Source: a virus
Taxonomy: Duplodnaviria > Caudoviricetes
DNA: 41,611 nt
IMG/VR virus record: IMGVR_UViG_3300022217_000089
Location: 1 to 41,611 of that record
Reading direction: 5' to 3' (one strand)
Positions within the stretch are counted from its first letter, which is position 1. Every line of letters begins with the position of its first letter. A program made the translations under genes and the position numbers. Positions 34,561 through 41,107 of this stretch are shown in pieces. The notes beneath the pieces are model-generated. The model was given only the letters and a program-made list of their open reading frames with translations, made no database searches and was not told the origin of the DNA.

Positions 34561-34973
34561 ATGTTACCAATAAAATCAAGTAGTTACGGCCAAAAGAGAT
34601 ATTTGGCAGCCCCATGCAACCCCATGCAACCCCCATGCAACCCCCATGCAACCCCCTTATATATATATATATCAATAAGATAGAGATATATATAGCATAG
34701 AAAATGTGTGAAATGGAACTATAGACACTATGCGAGGGGGGAGGGGGGGGGAGCGGGGGAGATATTAGACCAGAGGGATATTCTCTCTATAGGGGTCTAT
34801 TGTTTTTCGGCGTTTTTTGTTACCTTTTTAACTTTTTGGGTTTTTACTTAATGATAATAAGTAGTTACAAAGTAACATTATGGTGGTCTGAGGTATCATA
34901 TGGTGTCGATTCGGGCTAAGTGGTTGATTCTATTGGTAACATTAAGTATATTAGCGATGGCTTATAATGTTAC
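34561..34973. other. putative replication origin or packaging control region
   Basis: 26-bp inverted arms (34561-34586 / 34917-34942, 22/26 identical), each with a perfect IHF consensus; 4x CCCATGCAAC; (AT)n; G-tracts; five TGTTAC/GTAACA copies. Confidence 0.55.
34611..34656 (+). repeat. 4 tandem copies of (C)CCCATGCAAC
   Basis: ATGCAA at 34614, 34624, 34635 and 34646 (spacing 10, 11, 11). Confidence 0.95.
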
Positions 34974-35086
34974 GGTTATGTGTTTAATAAGATAGAGGGG
35001 AAGTTTAGGGGTGCGGAGAGCGGGCCTGTAAATGGGCGGATTAGCTGGAGAATTGCATTTTTATTTAATAAAAGCTAAAATAAGTG

Positions 35087-35115
35087 TTGACAGTGTGGTT
35101 TGTCTCTTGTATATT
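35087..35115 (+). promoter_or_regulatory. sigma70-type early promoter
   Basis: TTGACA-17 nt-TATATT with an A/T-rich UP-like region; TCTTGT...ACAAGA inverted repeat over the -10 box. Confidence 0.75.
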
Positions 35116-35172
35116 AAACACAAGATAGCAAGGACAGGCAATTGGGCCGAGAAAGACGAGAAAGGAGAGATC

Positions 35173-35577
35173 ATGCAAAAAACACAGGAAAAAGGAGTCT
35201 GCCCGAACTGCGGAGAGGCAGGAGCGTTAGAGTACGGCGACACCATTGGGTGGGGGGAAGACAACGAGCCCACTTATCCTTGGGATTGCCCGAACTGCGG
35301 CGCACAGGGCAAAGAGCACTACAAAGTGGTCTTTGCCGAGCACGAAATCACCTTGACGCAAGAGGACGCACAGCAGAAGAGAGGTTGTCGACCAATGAAA
35401 AAGTATAAAGTTGAGTATCATTATTTTGAAGGTGGTTATTGCTACGTTGAAGCTGAGAGCCAGGAGAGAGCCGAGACTTTAGCCGAAGTTGCTTTAAATG
35501 AGGACGGGCCGGAGGGCTTAGCGGACTACGAGCCCGAAACAACCGCACGGGATATTTCAGTTTGTAAAGGAGATTAA
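35173..35577 (+). CDS. zinc-ribbon protein, apparently fused to a small DpnD/PcfM-like domain
   Basis: AAGGAG SD; CPNC...CPNC; internal in-frame ATG 35395 (MKKYKVEY...YVEAESQERA). Confidence 0.7.
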   Translation: MQKTQEKGVCPNCGEAGALEYGDTIGWGEDNEPTYPWDCPNCGAQGKEHYKVVFAEHEITLTQEDAQQKRGCRPMKKYKVEYHYFEGGYCYVEAESQERAETLAEVALNEDGPEGLADYEPETTARDISVCKGD

Positions 35578-35608
35578 AAGCTATGGAGCCGGAAAGGAGA
35601 CTAACGCT

Positions 35609-35806
35609 ATGATGGATATAACAACAAAAGGTAGCCTAGATTTTAGGGATAAGGTTATAAGTCTTTTAAAAGCTAAACTTAACCCTTTAACAGTAGAGGA
35701 CAGAGAAGCGCGTTTTGAGATCATAGGCCTTGAAGTGGCACAGGAGCTAAAAGCAACGATGAGCGCACAAGACAGCGACTTAACTTTTATAGAGAGGAGC
35801 AAATAG
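35609..35806 (+). CDS. hypothetical early protein
   Basis: AAGGAG SD. Confidence 0.65.
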   Translation: MMDITTKGSLDFRDKVISLLKAKLNPLTVEDREARFEIIGLEVAQELKATMSAQDSDLTFIERSK

Positions 35807-35808
35807 CT

Positions 35809-35994
35809 ATGGATATAGAGACCATACACGAGAGCCTTGTCAACGGGCAACGCCGCCAGATGGTGGAGCAGATAGACGAATACGGCGCGACTGATTTTTT
35901 CGCGGAGTATAAAGAGTATCTAGGAGATTGTTTTGACAAATACTCCTGGTTTACAGACGCAACCACAAGCTACTTCAGGATCAAAGCGCGCTAA
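35809..35994 (+). CDS. hypothetical early protein
   Basis: GAGGAG SD; IHESLVNGQRRQMVEQI. Confidence 0.7.
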   Translation: MDIETIHESLVNGQRRQMVEQIDEYGATDFFAEYKEYLGDCFDKYSWFTDATTSYFRIKAR

Positions 35995-36019
35995 TAGAGC
36001 GCAGAAAGGACAGTTTAAA

Positions 36020-36610
36020 ATGAACTCATTAGTACAAAAACAATACGAAGAGGCGGACTACCACGAAAAAACCGCGCTCTTTATGGAACGCACCAAGACC
36101 GAGCTTAACGTGGAGTTTTTACGGCATGATGTGCATTTTGACGACGGCTACAAGCGCGACATCTACCAGGTAACGCTTAAGTGCGGAGCGCGCGCCTATT
36201 CCTTTGAGTTTGGACAAAGTGCGGTACATTCTGGCGTCTGGACGGCGTATCGACATATTAAAGGAGATGAGCGTATCTATCAATCTTCTAAAAATATATC
36301 GCTGTTCAACGAAGAAGCTTTAAAAACAGTCGAGCAGTTAAACAAGACAGGCCGCAAAAGCAAACAGGTTTTTGCCCGACAGTCAAATATCGGTAAAAAC
36401 CCCGATTTCCAAGAACCGGACGCTTACACCGTATTGGCGGCGCTTACTAACTACGCGCCAGAAAGCCTTGAGGTCTTCTGTGGCGATTATGGATACGACA
36501 CCGACAGCAGGAAAGCTGAAAAGACCTATAACGCGGTTAAAGATGAGGTTATGAACCTGGAGCGCCTTTACAGTAAAGAGCAAATGGAAGAATTAGCGGA
36601 AATACAATAA
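36020..36610 (+). CDS. conserved-type phage hypothetical protein
   Basis: AAGGA SD; YSFEFGQS, PDAYTVL, FCGDYGYDTDSRKAEKTY. Confidence 0.75.
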   Translation: MNSLVQKQYEEADYHEKTALFMERTKTELNVEFLRHDVHFDDGYKRDIYQVTLKCGARAYSFEFGQSAVHSGVWTAYRHIKGDERIYQSSKNISLFNEEALKTVEQLNKTGRKSKQVFARQSNIGKNPDFQEPDAYTVLAALTNYAPESLEVFCGDYGYDTDSRKAEKTYNAVKDEVMNLERLYSKEQMEELAEIQ

Positions 36611-36670
36611 AGGAGGCATTTAAAAGGCTCCTTGAAATTCTTTAACCCTTAACTAGAAGGGAGGCAATAA

Positions 36671-37021
36671 ATGGCCTCATTAGACGACAACAAATGCGTT
36701 ATCTGTAGCCGAGAGATCGACAACAAGGAGAAATGCCGAGTGCTCCAAGACGGCACACTTGAGGTAGACCACTACAGCGAGGACGGGCAAGAGAAGGTTG
36801 AAGCCATTTTCTACGAGAACGAAAACGAGCCGCCGGAGGCTTTGATTTGCGAAGGGTGCGAGGCGGAGCATGTCCGGCTGGTGATACACGGCAGGGAGTT
36901 GGTGGAGGCGTGTAAGCACGTTAGAAATAATCTTATAGGAGAGAGCGAAGAAAACTTTGAACATGAAATAGCACATCTTGATTATGCCATAGCCAAAATC
37001 GAAGGGAGCAAGAAGCCATGA
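36671..37021 (+). CDS. zinc-finger hypothetical protein
   Basis: GGGAGG SD; CVIC...ICEGC; C-terminal ELVEAC...AIAKIEG. Confidence 0.7.
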   Translation: MASLDDNKCVICSREIDNKEKCRVLQDGTLEVDHYSEDGQEKVEAIFYENENEPPEALICEGCEAEHVRLVIHGRELVEACKHVRNNLIGESEENFEHEIAHLDYAIAKIEGSKKP

Positions 37022-37209
37022 AGCGAGCGACACGGAAAAGAGACGAGCGGCTTAAAACCATAGGCCGCCCTGGTATCAGCACCACCCATTGGGGAGCAGT
37101 CAAGAAGCTGGCCCCCTGGTTTATCATCGGCGCGGCGCTATGGGCGTTAGGGACTGCGGGCGTTATAGGGATCATAAAATACAGACTGGAGGGGTTGATA
37201 TGCTGTTGA
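37018..37209 (+). CDS. small membrane protein
   Basis: ATGA coupling; TM segment LAPWFIIGAALWALGTAGVIGII. Confidence 0.6.
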   Translation: MKRATRKRDERLKTIGRPGISTTHWGAVKKLAPWFIIGAALWALGTAGVIGIIKYRLEGLICC

Positions 37210-37442
37210 CGGAAAAGGAAGCGAAAGAGAAAGACTGTTATCAATGGATAAATGAAGATGGAGAAGTAAGCAAACCGTATTGCCAGGGGTCTGGCTGTAT
37301 GGCTTGGCGGTGGGATGAAAAGAGCAAACAGAAATATGTTTCTGTTAAATGCTCCGAAGAATATCCTGATGGGTTAAAGCGGGTACTTTTTCCCACTGCC
37401 GAATGGAAAGGCTACTGCGGCCTAGCGGGGGAGGTAAAATAA
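37200..37442 (+). CDS. Cys-containing phage protein
   Basis: GGAGG SD; TEKEAKEKDC...CQGSGCMAWRW...GYCGLAG. Confidence 0.75.
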   Translation: MLLTEKEAKEKDCYQWINEDGEVSKPYCQGSGCMAWRWDEKSKQKYVSVKCSEEYPDGLKRVLFPTAEWKGYCGLAGEVK

Positions 37443-37933
37443 TGGGACAAGAAGCCGTCTTAAAAGCAACGTCACGGCACAAAGAAGGTCGAACGCTTGA
37501 CCAGATCTATAAGCAATATCAGGCGAGGACAAAAACCCCTATGCTCCGTAGCTCGGTCCTGGCGGCCTTGACCAAGCTCATAGTCAAGGGATGTGTTGAA
37601 CGGCTCTCTAGGGGCCACTACAGGGCCACAGGTAAGGCTTATTACAGCAATAAGGGCAAGAAACAGCCCGAGAGCGTCTATATCGTGGCTATCCGCAGAT
37701 ACGGGGGCGCTGGCGTGCCTGCCGCCAAGATACTGCGGTTTGTCCACAAGGAGGCCGACAAGTACAACACCAGGCGCAAGACAAGCCAGAAGAAACGAGC
37801 CAAGCCGGAACTAATCTCGGCCTTGGTATATCTCGACAGGCTCAAGGCGCAAGGACGGGTTATACAGGACGCAGAGAGCCATTTTGGATTGCCGGAGATG
37901 GTAGCCGACCCGGAGGGCGAAGGCGGGGAATGA
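37442..37933 (+). CDS. putative tandem winged-helix DNA-binding protein
   Basis: Two similar halves (SSVLAALTKLIVKGCVERLSRGHY / ISALVYLDRLKAQGRVIQDAESHF); basic. Confidence 0.55.
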   Translation: MGQEAVLKATSRHKEGRTLDQIYKQYQARTKTPMLRSSVLAALTKLIVKGCVERLSRGHYRATGKAYYSNKGKKQPESVYIVAIRRYGGAGVPAAKILRFVHKEADKYNTRRKTSQKKRAKPELISALVYLDRLKAQGRVIQDAESHFGLPEMVADPEGEGGE

Positions 37934-37943
37934 GGCGGGCCCC

Positions 37944-37988
37944 TACTAGTAGTTTACCAGCAGTTTACTAGTAAGTTACTAGTAACTT
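37944..37988. repeat. 4 tandem 11-bp units with palindromic TACTAGTA cores, including the perfect 16-bp palindrome AAGTTACTAGTAACTT
   Basis: TACTAGTAGTT, TACCAGCAGTT, TACTAGTAAGT, TACTAGTAACT at 37944, 37955, 37966, 37977. Confidence 0.9.
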
Positions 37989-38049
37989 TGCTCATAAGTA
38001 CTTGTTTTCATTGACGGGGCCCTTTATTTAAGAAAACCTAAAATAGTCC

Positions 38050-38078
38050 TTGACAAGCAGAGAGTAAAGGAGTATCCT
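38050..38078 (+). promoter_or_regulatory. sigma70-type promoter
   Basis: TTGACA (38050-38055)-17 nt-TATCCT (38073-38078). Confidence 0.75.
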
Positions 38079-38092
38079 ACAACAACAATAAT

Positions 38093-38334
38093 ATCGGGGC
38101 CGGTGAACGAGGGAAGCCGGTAGGGGGACAGTAAAATGTTCGTCAGTATGAAGGTCATGCGGGGATTAGCCACCTCGCTACTCTTAAATGTGAGGAACCA
38201 TATCATACACGGCACACAGGCTAGTGTTTTGCAGGGCGACTATACGAGTAAAAGGGCTTAAAAGAGTGGTTAACGTACCCACTTAATAAAGGCACAGACC
38301 ATTGCCTCTCGTCAAATCCCTGCCCCCGATACCA
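38093..38334 (+). ncRNA. ~242-nt structured RNA with tRNA-like acceptor stem and 3' ACCA
   Basis: ATCGGGG/CCCCGAT + ACCA, stacked on GCAGGG/CCCTGC, with several internal helices. Confidence 0.6.
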
Positions 38335-38353
38335 ACCTACCAAGGAGGCTCAA

Positions 38354-39643
38354 ATGAAAATCGTAAATCTCAAGGCTCAAAATTTTAAGATTCTCAAGGC
38401 AATAGAAATAACGCCGGAAGGCAACGTGGTTAAGATAAGCGGAGAGAACGGCGCGGGTAAGACTTCGGTGCTTGATGTATTGTGGGCGGCTTTATGTGGA
38501 GGCGACGCTAAAAAGGAAATCAAGCAACCTATTCGCAAGGGCTCAAAGCAGGCGACAATCACGCTCGATCTTGGAGAGCTCATAGTAACAAGGAAGTGGA
38601 CCGGCAAAGACAAGAGCTATCTAACCGTCGAGAATAAAAAGGGCGCATCTTTTAAGAGCCCCCAAGCCATGCTCGACCACATGATAGGCAAGCTCACATT
38701 CGACCCGCTTGAGTTTGCCGGTCTTAATGCTAAGGCACAAAGAGAGGCTTTGCTTAAGGTTGTAACGCTCGATATCGACCCGGAAGAAATCGACGCACAG
38801 CGTAGAGGTATATACGAAACGCGCACTGAGCATAACCGCGAGATTACACGGTTTGAAGGGGTACTGGCGAGCCTAGAGAAGCCCTCAAAAGCTGTGCCAA
38901 AAGAAGAAATAAGCATATCTGATGTTGTGGCGGAAATCGGCGCGGCCAGAGCACAGCAAAGCGAGAAGAATACACTCCGCACAAAAGCAGAGGCGAACAA
39001 GCAAAATTGCGTCGTTCTTGAGGACAGGATTACGGAGCTTAAGCAGAAGCTTAACAAGGCAGAGCTAGACCTTGAATCCGAACAGGATTGGCTAGAAGCT
39101 AACAAGGACGCTCATAACGCCATCACCGTTCCCGACATTGATGCGCTACAGGCAAAGCTCGACAAGGCCGAGGCAACCAACGTCTCGGTAAGAGAGGCGC
39201 AACACTACGAAATAACTTTGCTGGAAATCTCAGAGGAAACGAAAAAGGCTGACAAATGCTCCGACCAGATAAAGGCGCTCGATAAGCAAAAGGCCGACGC
39301 GATCAAAGCCGCGAAGATGCCAGTCAAGGGGCTTTCTTTTGACGAAGATGGTCTAGTCTTCAATGACGTTCCTTTCTCTCAGGCAAGCTCCGCCGAGAAA
39401 TTAAAGGTGTCTGTCGCTATGGCTATGGCGCTAAATCCAGAGCTCAGGGTTTTACGCATCACCGACGGAAGCCTGCTTGACAGCAAGAGCATGGCGTTAA
39501 TCGAGAAGATGGCAGTTGACCACGATTATCAGGTGTGGGTAGAGATCGTTGACGACACCGGCGAAGTAGGTATTTGCATTGAGGACGGCATGATTGCCGG
39601 CGAAAACGAAAAAGACCCTAGTAGCGGTATCACTTCCAGATAA
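38354..39643 (+). CDS. SMC/Rad50-like P-loop ATPase with coiled coil (AAA_23-like)
   Basis: QNFK, Walker A GENGAGKTS, long coiled coil, degenerate signature ASSAE, Walker-B-like LRITDGSLLD. Confidence 0.85.
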   Translation: MKIVNLKAQNFKILKAIEITPEGNVVKISGENGAGKTSVLDVLWAALCGGDAKKEIKQPIRKGSKQATITLDLGELIVTRKWTGKDKSYLTVENKKGASFKSPQAMLDHMIGKLTFDPLEFAGLNAKAQREALLKVVTLDIDPEEIDAQRRGIYETRTEHNREITRFEGVLASLEKPSKAVPKEEISISDVVAEIGAARAQQSEKNTLRTKAEANKQNCVVLEDRITELKQKLNKAELDLESEQDWLEANKDAHNAITVPDIDALQAKLDKAEATNVSVREAQHYEITLLEISEETKKADKCSDQIKALDKQKADAIKAAKMPVKGLSFDEDGLVFNDVPFSQASSAEKLKVSVAMAMALNPELRVLRITDGSLLDSKSMALIEKMAVDHDYQVWVEIVDDTGEVGICIEDGMIAGENEKDPSSGITSR

Positions 39644-39647
39644 GACC

Positions 39648-39756
39648 TTGACGGGCTCATAGGGAGAGTGAAACTGACTGCTGGTTAATGCCGCGAGGCA
39701 TTGTAATAGGTTCGGAGCGGGTGAATGACAAAAACATCCCAAGCCGCCCCCGTCAA
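39648..39756 (+). ncRNA. ~110-nt multibranch structured RNA
   Basis: Closing stem TTGACGGG/CCCGTCAA; CTC/GAG hairpin; AATGCC-GCGA-GGCATT (GNRA loop); GCGG/CCGC. Confidence 0.5.
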
Positions 39757-39774
39757 TACTTAGGAGGCTAAATA

Positions 39775-40029
39775 ATGGCATTTACGAAAGAGGAAGAAAA
39801 AAGAATTAATGAATTGTTGGACAAGGCGTTTAATAGGGCTCTTGAAAAAGCTACCAGTTGCCCGGGGTGCAACCTCCGTGCCGACATTATCGCAAAGCTC
39901 AAGAGAGAAAGAGACAATCTTCTAGGTGAACGCAAAGCCCAGTCTCTTTTGATGTTGGAGAAAGAGAAAGAACTTGAGTGCTTCAAAGAAGGTATTGAGG
40001 CTTACGAGAAAAGAGAGAAGGGGTTGTAG
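39775..40029 (+). CDS. hypothetical coiled-coil protein with CPGC
   Basis: AGGAGG SD. Confidence 0.7.
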   Translation: MAFTKEEEKRINELLDKAFNRALEKATSCPGCNLRADIIAKLKRERDNLLGERKAQSLLMLEKEKELECFKEGIEAYEKREKGL

Positions 40030-40062
40030 GAGGAAATAGAGGGGTTGAAAAGGAGGCCGACA

Positions 40063-40443
40063 ATGGCAATACTAAGTGATGGTTCAGTGCCAGAAAAAGC
40101 AATGTTTGATGATGCGAAGGCAGGGGATAGGGTGTGGGATTTTGCTTTAGGACATGGCACTATCGAGAGTATAAAAAAAGACACAAGGTACCCTATTGAA
40201 GTTGCTTTTGAAGAACACAATGGATTTGAGAGTTTTACTTTACATGGGGAGCGGACACCTCTTTGCAACCCCACCCTCTTCTGGGATGAAGTCAAGATAG
40301 TACCTCCAGAGAGGCCGAAGGAGAAGTGCGAGGCCTGTTATAGAATTAAAATTACAAAAGAAGGAGAAGTTTATAATGGCTATCAGAATGACTTATTTCT
40401 TCTCTCTCATCCCCAACACCACACTTGTGAGAGGAAACTATGA
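40063..40443 (+). CDS. hypothetical protein (SH3-like N-terminus, C-terminal CEAC...HTC)
   Basis: AAGGAGG SD before ATG 40063; AKAGDRVWDF..GHGTI..I...YPIEV.F. Confidence 0.7.
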   Translation: MAILSDGSVPEKAMFDDAKAGDRVWDFALGHGTIESIKKDTRYPIEVAFEEHNGFESFTLHGERTPLCNPTLFWDEVKIVPPERPKEKCEACYRIKITKEGEVYNGYQNDLFLLSHPQHHTCERKL

Positions 40444-40892
40444 AACCAACTCATAAACAAGAGATGGCCCTCTCCAAACTGCTGTTTGAGGCGTTGGGGA
40501 TAAAGGGGGTTTGGCATAAAGTTGTACGGCATAAGATTTTTAGCAATGGAAGTGGCTTCTATGAATGTTTGATTTGTGAAGAACGATGCAATGATGACGG
40601 TTCCAATAATACGCTACAAGAAGAAGCCGACCTTGGGGCTTTTCACGCTAAACATCTTAACCCCAACCTCTTCACCCCTGAGAGCTTCTTGATCGTGTTT
40701 AATGCGGTGAAGGATAGGGAGGATTGGAAAGAAGAATTTATAGATGAAGAAACCGGAACGATTACTTTTGATACTTCGTATATCAACGCTCCTATTTTTC
40801 AATATCTAACTCTTGAATGGCTCCTTGAGAAAGAGGGAAGGGTAGAGGAGTTGGAGGGGGTTTTGAAGGGAGAGGAAAATGCCGACACTTAA
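40440..40892 (+). CDS. hypothetical protein
   Basis: ATGA coupling; YECLIC motif. Confidence 0.7.
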   Translation: MKPTHKQEMALSKLLFEALGIKGVWHKVVRHKIFSNGSGFYECLICEERCNDDGSNNTLQEEADLGAFHAKHLNPNLFTPESFLIVFNAVKDREDWKEEFIDEETGTITFDTSYINAPIFQYLTLEWLLEKEGRVEELEGVLKGEENADT

Positions 40893-41067
40893 ATGGAAGC
40901 TGAAAGATAATAAGAATTGCGAGGGGTGTCCAAATCTAATCACTACAACAGGAGCCTGGTGGAAAAAAGAATATAGTTGTAAATTAGATTATTATAAGGA
41001 TTGCTATAATAATTTAAGTCAATGGACGAAACGCCCCCAAACCTGCATTGACGAACTTGGCAACTAA
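40879..41067 (+). CDS. small Cys-rich protein
   Basis: GAGAGG SD; CEGCP...C...RPQTC. Confidence 0.65.
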   Translation: MPTLKWKLKDNKNCEGCPNLITTTGAWWKKEYSCKLDYYKDCYNNLSQWTKRPQTCIDELGN

Positions 41068-41107
41068 AAGACTCCCCCAATGAATGAGCTAACAAAGGAG
41101 AAAAGGA

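Noticed and set aside
38010-38019. ATTGACGGGG complementary to CCCCGTCAAT at 39748-39757 (possible antisense target)
   Set aside because: Only 10 bp, upstream of the 38050 promoter, and already explained by the local closing stem; may be chance.
38093-38334. Canonical tRNA or tmRNA
   Set aside because: No standard D-arm/anticodon arm spacing and no intact TTCRA T-loop. Lacks the G3-U70 pair and GGGG 5' end of tmRNA. Kept only as a tRNA-like RNA.
39660-39720. Hammerhead or other self-cleaving ribozyme
   Set aside because: GAAA and CUGA are present but not in the CUGAnGA...GAAA...UH core arrangement.
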